A DNA stretch of 63,821 nucleotides, filler included, from Callorhinchus milii (taxonomy: Eukaryota): the NCBI RefSeq assembly GCF_018977255.1. It is 6 parts of 6 records of this genome, joined end to end, with 100 filler letters (N's around TTAATTAATTAA, not from the genome) between each part and the next. Parts side by side here need not be neighbours in the genome. Positions count along the whole stretch, not along the records: positions 35,691 to 63,821 come from NW_024705676.1; 5 more parts are not named here. The stretch is one strand, 5' to 3'. The notes below the pieces were generated by a model. The model did no database searches. It worked only from the letters and a program-made list of their open reading frames with translations, and was not told where the DNA came from. A program made the position numbers and the translations under genes. Shown here piece by piece: positions 36,927-48,756 of this stretch. How positions within the stretch are numbered: the first letter of the stretch is position 1; each line of letters begins with the position of its first letter.

Positions 36927-39403
36927 TGTTGTATGTGTCGGAATTATGAAATTTTGATGAAAATAATAAAAATTAATAATTTTCCGAAAAATGCGCAATT
37001 CGCATTAATTATGATAGTGTGTGTATTAATACGCATAAATTATGATAATGCGTGTAATTATATGCATAAATTATGATAATCACGGAGATAATCGTAGTAA
37101 TTTATGCGGAGGCTTGCGATTATGTTAATGTGTGCAGTTATGATAATTTGCTTAGTTTCGTTTATCCAGAGTTATCAATCAGGATAACACGATTATCATA
37201 GATTCATTTACCGATTATCCTAGTGTGTGTTATAATATTTTAGGTCTCCATTTTCATATCTCATCGCAGGATACAGTTGTCAAGAATAAGACAGTTTTGC
37301 ATGGACTTGGAAAGAACACTCGATATGCTTCTGTGATAACAATTTTATTCTAACAAGCACGTGACATTCTATCATGCAGGTCAAACATGCGTCAATAATT
37401 CATGGGCAAGATTATGCAATTAACTAATATGAATGACTAAAAATACTTCTTAATTGGCGAAATTATGCAGTTAACGAAAATGAATGACTAAAACATTTCT
37501 TATTCATGCAACTCGACGGCAGCAACTGCTTTGCACGATCAGTTGATATTGAACGCACCACCTCGAAATGGCAACCCTTTTTGAAACGCAAAGATCACTT
37601 TTTGAAAGTCTTATTCGTGTGCGTGCTGTGTGTGCGTTGTCCTCTCGTAATATTAATTGTGTCGTTAGCTTGTGTGGTGTGGGAGGATACGAACAGCGGC
37701 CAGGTGTTCCTCTCGATTGGGCGTGGCCGCCGCAAGCTCCTGCTGCTCCCTCGCTCGGCGTGTCGCTCGGCTTTTGCTCTCTCTCTCTCTCTCCACTGCT
37801 GGATTGAGCGGCGTTGGCACGATGTTCCTTGAAGAAACTTGCTTGCTTGGCGCTTGATGGTTCCGGGGGCTTGGTGCTGCTCGTGCGCTCTCTCTTTCTA
37901 CTGCTAGATGACGAGTTGGCACGATGCTGTCCTTGAAGATGCTCGGTCGCTCGTGTCGCTCGGTGTCGCTCGGTGGCGCAAGGTGTCGCTCGTTGTCGCT
38001 CGATGGCGCGCGGTGGCGCACGGAGGCGCACGGTGGCGCACGGTGGCGCAAGGTGGCGCACGGTCAGCGCTCGTTCAGCGATCTCCGCCTTTCCTGCGGG
38101 TTGTTCGCTGGTCGTCACTCTGACGAGGAGCGATGCTTCGTTCGTGGCAGGGTGGACGTTGGCGTCTTTGTTGGCTTCACTCGCAGCTCTGCGACTCAGG
38201 GTAGCGATTCTTCTCAGGTGGTGCAGACCTCGGCTTGTAGCTACGCGTCGCTACTCCCAAACCTCGTCATTCTGAATGACAGGAGCTTCTTCGTTGGCGG
38301 CGACGAGGAGAGATGGAGCCACAGCCCTGGAGATCTGTGATGGGGGCCAGAGCCCCTGTCGATCTGTGATGGAGGCCAGAGCCCCTGTCGATCTCTGTGA
38401 TGGGGCCAGAGCCCTGACGATCTGTGATGGAGGCCAGAGCCCTGTCGATCTCTGTGATGGGCCAGAGCCCCTGACGATCTGTGATGGAGGCCAGAGCCCC
38501 TGTCGATCTCTGTGATGGGGCCAGAGCCCTGACGATCTGTGATGGAGGCCAGAGCCCCTGTCGATCTGTGATGGAGGCCAGAGCCCCTGTCGATCTGAGT
38601 TGTATGGATTTTCCTTCGGTTTATATCGGAAACTTCCACTCGGCTTCCCGAGTTGTTCAAAAGCTGTGTCATAAAACCTTCCTGTGGGCTGAACCATCTG
38701 CGTCCGTGTGTGTGTCCGTCCGTGTGTTTCGCGTGCGTGTTTGTCCGTGTTGTGGGGAGACAAAGGCGGTTGTTTCCACGGTGGGAGCACCCGGCGCATG
38801 CGCTTATTTATTCGAAGACGTGTTAATTTCCTTTGAGCCATTGCCCCTTTATGGGTGTCATTTCCTAGCTTGGTGCCTGTGTGTGGAGATCCTCTCGGAA
38901 AGACAAAGGCGGCCGTGTTGCTCGCTTCCCATGGGTGTTGTGTTTGGTTAATTTTGAGAGCCTTCTCCGCCCTTGATTCCTCTTCTACTTTAATTCCGTA
39001 CTTATTATTTGACTTCTTGTGATTATTTAATCTGATATCCCGGCTTATCTTTGTTCAGAATATAATTATCTCTTACTCCATGGTGCCTGGTTCTGTGTTT
39101 TTTTTAACAAAACGATGTCCTGCTGATCCCCCCCGCCTGCAATTCCCCCCTCCCTTGTTCCTCTTGTGTGAATTTAGGGGAGTTTTTTTTTTATTACCTT
39201 ATTGCCCCCCCTTTCATGTCCTCTCTCCTTTGAAATGAGGTATGCGCGCATCTGTGGAAGTGTGGGGGCCTCTGTGGAAGTGTGGGGGCGTGTTCGTTCC
39301 CACGTGGCCGCGTCTATTAAAAAAAAACGATATTATCTATGTTGGCAGAATAATTCTTAAAAAAAAAATAAAAAAAAAATAAAAAGGGGGTACATACACA
39401 ACA
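36927..39403 (-). repeat. LTR copy A (2477 bp, internally deleted)
   Basis: tgttgtatgt...catacacaaca; lacks two blocks present in the other LTRs. Confidence 0.9.
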
Positions 39404-39415
39404 GTCCGCCCTTTT
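39404..39415 (-). promoter_or_regulatory. Polypurine tract (also at 45631-45642 and 51712-51723)
   Basis: Minus strand AAAAGGGCGGAC directly before the LTR TGTTG. Confidence 0.85.
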
Positions 39416-39780
39416 GAAAATTATCAGGGGTCGATTTGGCCACTGGCGAATTTTCAAACAAAGTAATGCCCCCTTTTTATGTCATGCATCCCATCAGCCG
39501 CCCTTACTCTCGGCGGTTATTTCTTACGACGCGCGTGCACGTATTACAATCTTAACCTGGTTACATCTGAAATAAGCAAAGAAAATAACAACATGTTAAC
39601 ATTGATATTGCGTTACATCGGTTCTCATACATCATAACTCCGGCGAATATTCATTTTTGTTTTTGTTAAATCCTGGTTACATTTGAATTAAGCAAAGAAA
39701 ATAACACACGTTAACATCGATATTGCGTTACATCGGTTCTCATACATCATAACTCTGACGAACATTCATTTTTGTTTTTG

Positions 39781-42285
39781 TTAAATCCTGGGAAACGCTA
39801 GGTAGCGGTTTCGAACGCATTTATGCGTTACCTTCCTCATGTTGCCTGGTTTACCACTTATCACTTTGATAATTTGATCACGGTTTTCGGGTTCGTTTTT
39901 GTAGTTTCCTCTCTCACTCTCTCGCGTCGTGGGAGTGTGTGGTGAAAAATTGTGCTGCACGTAACCAGAATTCGCGCACACGACCCACTTTGACACTTGG
40001 TTCGTGGCATTCGCTCTCTCTGCGATTACATGCACATTTGCCGAGTCAGTGTGTCGATTTAATTCTGTCCTTCGTAATGTTGCCCTCTTTGTTTTTACGA
40101 GTGTGTTGGATTTCAACACCATTCCCGATACGTCATGGACATTCGTCTCCATTTTAGCACTCCGATCCACATAATTTTTGGTTTCCCTTGGATATTTTCC
40201 ATTCAAAGGCTCACGCCTGCGCTCCTCAGGGCGTGTCTCTGTGTTCTCTCTTTGTCTCTGCTGTCTGCTATCCACCGTCCGATCACTCTTCCATTCAGCC
40301 CTGTCACTTGTATTCGATCCGCGCGTCATTTACGGGAGCACTGTCCACGTTTTTGCCAGCCTGCTCAGGGTTTAACACCTCGGCGGGTGGGGCGCGTGTT
40401 GGCCGCTCGCTCGCACTCACTGTGGATGGTTCATCACGTATTTGGACCGCATTCTGTGTTATTCCTCTATTCCCTCCTGGTATAGCCGGTGGAGGAATTG
40501 GTCGGAATTGGATCGATTGTGTTTGACCTCCCATCCTGCGATTCTCCTGAATGTTCGCATCCATACCTCCGCGGTCTGTGTAACACCTTCCCGCTAGGTG
40601 GTTATCTTCCCATCTCTGTGCGTAATTTGAACCTTGCGTGTGTCGTGGGATGGGGTGTTGATATGGTTCTGCTCTGAACCTCTCCCTCCTGCGATTCTCG
40701 TACATTTTTAGCCCAGTATTTCTCCCATTTGGGTGCCAAATTTTTCCTGGATTGTTACCTCGCCATCTTTGTGGGTAATTTTGATCTTGTGTGTGTCGTG
40801 GCATGGGGTGTTGGTATGGTTCTATTCTGAACCTCCCCCTCCTGCGATTCTCCTGAATGTTCGGCTTTGTGCCGCTCTCATTCTCGTGCCAACCTCTCTC
40901 TGGGTTATTTTGCCATGGTGCGTGCGTTTCTGCTCCGTCCTGCATTGTGGGACTGCTCGGTGATTTTTATTCCTCTCTGAGAGGCTGGGTTCCTCATCCC
41001 TCTCCCTGTGTTCTGGATCCGAATTATGATTCTTAGCTCTGTATAACCATGCCATGTACGCCTTGCTCTCTATGCGGCGTAAGGATGCGGTTTCTGGATT
41101 CAAAACCATCTCACCCTTTCTGTAATCTCTGGGCTCAAGGATTCAAAAAACATAATTTTGAACATTTTATCTCCTTCGTGGTATTGATTCACATCGCCTG
41201 CGTAATACGCTCTTTTAAATTGGACGAGGTAGTCACGTGGATCTTGGTCCATGCCCTGGGTCATCGATTTTACAGCATAAAACCCCTCAGTGAGTGTCGA
41301 ATATTCTCCAAACTTCCGAATCACTGCCAGGCTCAATTGTTTAAAATCATTTCTAACCTTGTGTGGTAGTGACTTTACCCATGGAATAGATTCTTTATGT
41401 AAGGTCCGTTTCAACAAACTCGCTTTTTCATCCCGTCTCCTCAGCCCTCTAATCATTGCCTCCTCTTCTACGGTTGCGATATGTGTGTGGATATCCATAG
41501 TCTTATTGTGGGGGTCAAAATCGGGAATTCTGACTAGAGCCTTGTCCATCAATTTAAGGGTTTTACTGGTGAATAGGTATTCCGAAAGTTGATTGCCGAC
41601 AGCGTCATCATCAAACAAGTTATCATCAGGCAATCTGTCACTTTGGTCTGTGCTGTGTCGCTTGTGTTTAAGTGGCGTGTTGCCATTTCCCTTCAGTTTT
41701 TGCCTCTGCCCTTAGTGTACCATGTCCTGGCGATTTTACTTTAACATTTTTCCTCCCTCTATCTGTGAAGTTGTCAGTCTCACATGTTTTTGTTTGCATA
41801 TGTATCTCTCCATCCCTTCTCTCGAATTGTGAGGGTTTCCCTTTGTCAATGATTTTTTGTTCGATATCCATAATTTTTGTGCGATCAATCCCTGGACTCT
41901 GTCCACGTACCCAAGAGTGTGATTTAATGTCACTTCCATATTTATTCTGTGGATCCACGTCTGTGAGTTTCGCTGGTGTCGCGAGCACTGATTTCTCTCC
42001 CGTTTCCTTTCCAAATTTTCCCTCATTCCACAATCCCTGTCTGTATGCCTGTGTGAGAAGGAATGAGTCCTGTCCTGCCTTCTCTGCAGTTTTTGCATCG
42101 TGTTCGCCTTCGTTACCTTTTATCCAGTCAATTAGTTTCCCCCGAGGTGTGTTCGTGTTATCGATACAGCTCCCTTCCCATATGTCTCTCTGACTGTACT
42201 GCTTTGTAACAGATTGGTCGGTACGTTTAAATACGAGCTCCCCGTATCCCGTAACCCATTCAAAAATTATTCTTAATCCTAGCAT
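39781..42285 (-). pseudogene. Gag copy 1, several frameshifts (real or sequencing error)
   Basis: Five ORF fragments tile the same protein. Confidence 0.78.
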
Positions 42286-42618
42286 CTAAGGTGTGGCGGA
42301 GTTACTTTGACATTTCTTTCAGAGTGCATATAAAACAATTATCTCACAGAGTGTAGTCAATTTGACTCGAGCTATCTGTTATTTTCCGATTCAGAGTGCG
42401 TACCTCTAACACCATTTATCACAGGATGCAATTGGTTTGATACGATATTATCTTAATTCCACTGTCTCTGTTTTAACCTGCTATTCTGGGTTTTAACCTT
42501 AGAGGGCGTTTTTTAGTTTTCCGCCCGTTCACAATTACCATGCAATGTTCGATCCTGATATTCTGGTTAACACGAAGTGATTCATTCCATCATCCATGCA
42601 AAACACTGTCTGCGAGAG

Positions 42619-42637
42619 ATCCCGGACGAGCCACCCA
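42619..42637 (-). promoter_or_regulatory. Primer-binding site, tRNA-Pro type (also at ~48735-48753 and ~54838-54857)
   Basis: Minus strand TGGGTGGCTCGTCCGGGAT, 3 nt after the LTR ..CAACA; the canonical Pro PBS is TGGGGGCTCGTCCGGGAT. Confidence 0.88.
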
Positions 42638-42640
42638 TTA

Positions 42641-45630
42641 TGTTGTATGTGTTGGTATTATGAAATTTTGATGAAAATAATAAAAATTAATAATTTTCCG
42701 AAAAATGCGCAATTCGCATTAATTATGATAGTGTGTGTATTAATATGCATAAATTATGATAATGCGTGTGATTATATGCATAAATTATGATAATCGTAGT
42801 AATTTATGCGGAGGCTTGCGATTATGTTAATGTGTGCAGTTATGATAATTTGCTTAGTTTCGTTTATCCAGAGTTATCAATCAGGATAACACGATTATCA
42901 TAGATTCATTTACCGATTATCCTAGTGTGTGTTATAATATTTTAGGTCTCCATTTTCATATCTCATCGCAGGATACAGTTCTTATGAATAAGATAGTTTT
43001 GCATGGACTTGGAAAGGAACACTCGATATGCTTCTGTGATAACAATTTTATTCTAACAAGCACGTGACATTCTATCATGCAGGTCAAACATGCGTCAATA
43101 ATTCATGGGCAAGATTATGCAATTAACTAATATGAATGACAAAAATATCTTCATTGGCGAAATTATGCAGTTAACGAAAATGAATGACTAAAACATTTCT
43201 TATGCATGCAACTCGACGGCAGCAACTGCTTTGCACGATCAGTTGATATTGAACGCACCACCTCGAAATGGCAACCCTTTTTGAAACGCAAAGATCACTT
43301 TTTGAAAGTCTTATTCGTGTGCGTGCTGTGTGTGCGTTGTCCTCTCGTAATATTAATTGTGTCGTTAGCTTGTGTGGTGTGGGAGGATACGAACAGCGGC
43401 CAGGTGTTCCTCTCGATTGGGCGTGGCCGCCGCAAGCTCCTGCTGCTCCCTCGCTCGGCGTGTCGCTCGGCTTTTGCTCTCTCTCTCTCTCCACTGCTGG
43501 ATTGAGCGGCGTTGGCACGATGTTCCTTGAAGAAACTTGCTTGCTTGGCGCTTGATGGTTCCGGGGGCTTGGTGCTGCTCGTGCGCTCTCTCTTTCTACT
43601 GCTAGATGACGAGTTGGCACGATGCTGTCCTTGAAGATGCTCGGTCGCTCGCGTCGCTCGGTGTCGCTCGGTGGCGCAAGGTGTCGCTCGTTGTCGCTCG
43701 ATGGCGCGGTGGCGCACGGTGGCGCACGTTCAGCGCAAAGTGGTGCACGGTGGCGCACGGTGGCGCAAGGTGGCGCAAGTTGGCGCTCGTTCAGCGATCT
43801 CCGCCTTTCCTGCGGGTTGTTCGCTGGTCGTCACTCTGACGAGGAGCGATGCTTCGTTCGTGGCAGGGTGGACGTTGGCGTCTTTGTTGGCTTCACTCGC
43901 AGCTCTGCGACTCAGGGTAGCGATTCTTCTCAGGTGGTGCAGACCTCGGCTTGTAGCTACGCGTCGCTACTCCGCGACCCTCGTCATTCTGAATGACAGG
44001 AGCTTCTTCGTTGGCGGCGACGAGGAGAGATGGTTGTCGCCCTGGAGAACTCTGGTGGGGCCTTAGCCCGGAGACGAGATGGCTCAGAGCCCTGGCGAGA
44101 TGAGATGTAGGCCGGAGCTCGTGAAGATCTGTGGTGGAGCCGAAGATGGCTCGTAGCCCGGATGATCTGTGTGTTGGAGCCGAAGCCCGGACGAGATCTC
44201 TGATGGGGCCATAGCCCGGAGACGAGATGGGGCTCAGAGCCCTGTCGATCTGTGTGTATGGATTTTCCTTCGGTTTATATCGGAAAATTCCACTCGGCTT
44301 CCCGAGTTGTTCAAAAGCTGTGTCATAAAACCTTCCTGTGGGCTGAACCATCTGCGTCCGTGTGTGTGTCCGTCCGTGTGTTTCGCGTGCGTGTTTGTCC
44401 GTGTGTTTATTAGCTTTGAAGACACAGCTGTGTGTGTCGTTCTGGAAGAAAGGGGGGGGGGCCTCGTGTCGGCGCCTCCGAAGTTATCCATTAGCCAGAC
44501 CGATGATTCGCGTCGAGTTAAAAAAAAAACATTCGAATCCATGTTTTGTTACTGAATAATATTTGTCGCGAAAACCTACGCGTTAAGCGAGCTTAATTAT
44601 TCACTCCTTGCTCTGGGATCACATCCTTTGTCTCACACAGCTTAAGTTGGTTTGGTTTGGAAGTTGAAATGCGACTTATTTGCTGCTTGGTTATGCCGAA
44701 ACCGTGTTCACGATGTTTCATCGTGACCCGATCTCTCATGGAAATGTATTTTCCATGCGTGTGCAATTTTTGCTGTCCGTGTTGTGGGGAGACAAAGGCG
44801 GTTGTTTCCACGGTGGGAGCACCCGGCGCATGCTTATTTATTCGAAGGCGTGTGTTAATTTCCTTTGAGCCCTTGCCCCAACCTTTATGGGTGTCATTTC
44901 CTGGCTTGGTGCCTGTGTGTGGGATCCTCTCGGAAAGACAAAGGCGGCCGTGTTGCTCGCTTCCCATGGGTGTTGTGTTTGGTTAATTTTGAGAGCCTTC
45001 TCCGCCCTTGATTTCTCTTCTACTTTAATTCCGTACTTATTATTTGACTTCTTGTGATTATTTGATCTGATATCCCGGCTAGGATTTTGTTTGGGCGAAT
45101 GTGCCATATTATTCTTTGATGCTTCGGCCCGCCGTTAGAATTCTTTAAAGGTAATAATGTCAGTATTTAATTACAATGATGGGTCGCGATTTGGTGCAGC
45201 TGTCGTCTGTTCATGGGTGAGGATGGATACTGTTGCTTAATCTTTTGTTAGTATGTGTATTTAACATGGTTCAAAGACATCTGTGCTTTTTGTCGTCATG
45301 CTGTTCTTTTAAGAATATAATTATCTCTTCTCCGTGTCTCCTGGTTCTGCCAACCCCCCGCCTGCAATTCCCCCCCTCCCTTGTTCCTCTTGTGTGAATT
45401 TAGGGGAGTTTTTTTTTATTACCTTATTGCCCCCCTTTCATGTCCTCTCTCCTTTGAAATGAGGTATGCGCGCATCTGTGGAAGTGTGGGGGCCTCTGTG
45501 GAAGTGTGGGGGCGTGTTCGTTCCCACGTGGCCGCGTCTATTAAAAAAAAACCATATTATCTATGTTGGCAGAATAATTCTTAAAAAAAAAATAATATAA
45601 AAAAAATAAAAAGGGGGTACATACACAACA
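42641..45630 (-). repeat. LTR copy B (2990 bp, shared)
   Basis: Same termini; PBS on its left, PPT on its right. Confidence 0.9.
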
Positions 45631-46008
45631 GTCCGCCCTTTTGAAAATTATCAGGGGTCGATTTGGCCACTGGCGAATTTTCAAACAAAGTAATGCCCCC
45701 TTTTTTATGTCATGCATCCCATCAGCCGCCCTTACTCTCGGCGGTTATTTCTTACGACGCGCGTGCACGTATTACAATCTTAACCTGGTTACATCTGAAA
45801 TAAGCAAAGAAAATAACAACATGTTAACATTGATATTGCGTTACATCGGTTCTCATACCTCATAACTCCGGCGAATATTCATTTTTGTTTTTGTTAAATC
45901 CTGGTTACATTTGAATTAAGCAAAGAAAATAACACACGTTAACATCGATATTGCGTTACATCGGTTCTCATACATCATAACTCTGACGAACATTCATTTT
46001 TGTTTTTG

Positions 46009-48401
46009 TTAAATCCTGGGAAACGCTAGGTAGCGGTTTCGAACGCATTTATGCGTTACCTTCCTCATGTTGCCTGGTTTACCACTTATCACTTTGATAA
46101 TTTGATCACGGTTTTCGGGTTCGTTTTTGTAGTTTCCTCTCTCACTCTCTCGCGTCGTGGGAGTGTGTGGTGAAAAATTGTGCTGCACGTAACCAGAATT
46201 CGCGCACACGACCCACTTTGACACTTGGTTCGTGGCATTCGCTCTCTCTGCGATTACATGCACATTTGCCGAGTCAGTGTGTCGATTTAATTCTGTCCTT
46301 CGTAATGTTGCCCTCTTTGTTTTTACGAGTGTGTTGGATTTCAACACCATTCCCGATACGTCATGGACATTCGTCTCCATTTTAGCACTCCGATCCACAT
46401 AATTTTTGGTTTCCCTTGGATATTTTCCATTCAAAGGCTCACGCCTGCGCTCCTCAGGGCGTGTCTCTGTGTTCTCTCTTTGTCTCTGCTGTCTGCTATC
46501 CACCGTCCGATCACTCTTCCATTCAGCCCTGTCACTTGCAGCCTGCTCAGGGTTTAACACCTCGGCGGGTGGGGCGCGTGTTGGCCGCTCGCTCGCACTC
46601 ACTGTGGATGGTTCATCACGTATTTGGACCGCATTCTGTGTTATTCCTCTATTCCCTCCTGGTATAGCCGGTGGAGGAATTGGTCGGAATTGGATCGATT
46701 GTGTTTGACCTCCCATCCTGCGATTCTCCTGAATGTTCGCATCCATACCTCCGCGGTCTGTGTAACACCTTCCCGCTAGGTGGTTATCTTCCCATCTCTG
46801 TGCGTAATTTGAACCTTGCGTGTGTCGTGGGATGGGGTGTTGATATGGTTCTGCTCTGAACCTCTCCCTCCTGCGATTCTCGTACATTTTTAGCCCAGTA
46901 TTTCTCCCATTTGGGTGCCAAATTTTTCCTGGATTGTTACCTCGCCATCTTTGTGGGTAATTTTGATCTTGTGTGTGTCGTGGCATGGGGTGTTGGTATG
47001 GTTCTATTCTGAACCTCCCCCTCCTGCGATTCTCCTGAATGTTCGGCTTTGTGCCGCTCTCATTCTCGTGCCAACCTCTCTCTGGGTTATTTTGCCATGT
47101 GTGCGTGCGTTTCTGCTCCGTCCTGCATTGTGGGACTGCTCGGTGATTTTTATTCCTCTCTGAGAGGCTGGGTTCCTCATCCCTCTCCCTGTGTTCTGGA
47201 TCCGAATTATGATTCTTAGCTCTGTATAACCATGCCATGTACGCCTTGCTCTCTATGCGGCGTAAGGATGCGGTTTCTGGATTCAAAACCATTCTCACCC
47301 TTTCTGTAATCTCTGGGCTCAAGGATTCAAAAAACATAATTTTGAACATTTTATCTCCTTCGTGGTATTGATTCACATCGCCTGCGTAATACGCTCTTTT
47401 AAATTGGACGAGGTAGTCACGTGGATCTTGGTCCATGCCCTGGGTCATCGATTTTACAGCATAAAACCCCTCAGTGAGTGTCGAATATTCTCCAAACTTC
47501 CGAATCACTGCCAGGCTCAGTTGTTTAAAATCATTTCTAACCTTGTGTGGCAGTGACTTTACCCATGGAATGGATTCTTTATGTAAGGTCCGTTTCAACA
47601 AACTCGCTTTTTCATCCCGTCTCCTCAGCCCTCTAATCATTGCCTCCTCTTCTACGGTTGCGATATGTGTGTGGATATCCATAGTCTTATTGTGGGGGTC
47701 AAAATCGGGAATTCTGACTAGAGCCTTGTCCATCAATTTAAGGGTTTTACTGGTGAATAGGTATTCCGAAAGTTGATCGCCGACAGCGTCATCATCAAAC
47801 AAGTTATCATCAGGCAATCTGTCACTTTGGTCTGTGTCGCTTGGTGTCGGGCGTGTTGCCATTTCCCTTCAGTTTTTGCCTCTGCCCTTAGTGGAGCATG
47901 TCCTGTCGACTTTACTTTAACATTTTTCCTCCCTCTCTCGAATTGTGAGGGTTTCCCTTTGTCAAGGATTTTTTGTTCGATATCCATAATTTTTGTGCGA
48001 TTAGTCCCTGGACTCTGTCCACGTACCCAAGAGTGTGATTTACTGTTACTTCCATATTTATTCTGCGGATCAACGTCTGTGAGTTTCGCTGGTGTCGCGA
48101 GTACTGATTTCTCTCCCGTTTCCTTTCCAAATTTTTCCTCATTCCACAATCCCTGTCTGTATGCCTGTGTGAAAAGGAATGAGTCCTGTCCTGCCTTTCC
48201 TGCAGTTTTTACATCGTGTTCGCCTTCGTTACATTTTATCCAGTCAATTAGTTTCCCCCGAGGTGTGTTCGTGTTATCGATACAGCTCCCTTCCCATATG
48301 TCTCTCTGACTGTACTGCTTTGTAACAGATTGGTCGGTACGTTTAAATACGAGCTCCCCGTATCCCGTAACCCATTCAAAAATTATTCTTAATCCTAGCA
48401 T
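46009..48401 (-). CDS. Gag copy 2, one frameshift near 47850
   Basis: ORFs 47733-48401 and 46009-47862 together match the intact copy. Confidence 0.8.
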
Positions 48402-48756
48402 CTTAGGTATGGCGGAAGTTACTTTGACATTTCTTTTCAGAGTGCATATAAAACAATTATCTCACAGAGTGTAGTCATTCGACTCGAGCTATCTGTTATT
48501 TTCCGATTCAGAGTGCGTACCTCTAACACCATTTATCAAGGATGCAATTGGTTTGATACGATATTATCTTAATTCCACTGTCTCTGTTTTAACCTGCTAT
48601 TCTGGGTTTTAACCTTAGAGGGCGTTTTTTAGTTTTCCGCCCGTTCACAATTACCATGCAATGTTCGATCCTGATATTCTGGTTAACACGAAGTGATTCA
48701 TTCCATCATCCATGCAAAACACTGTCTGCGAGAGATCCCGGACGAGCCACCCATTA

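Noticed and set aside
37504..38951. 100-200-aa ORFs inside the LTRs (and equivalents in the other LTR copies)
   Set aside because: They overlap on both strands, derive from 10-mer and 30-mer repeats, and their frames are not conserved between LTR copies
39404..39780. Possible pol or env remnant between gag and PPT
   Set aside because: Only ~350 nt, mostly a ~120-bp duplication; no protease, YxDD or integrase motif seen
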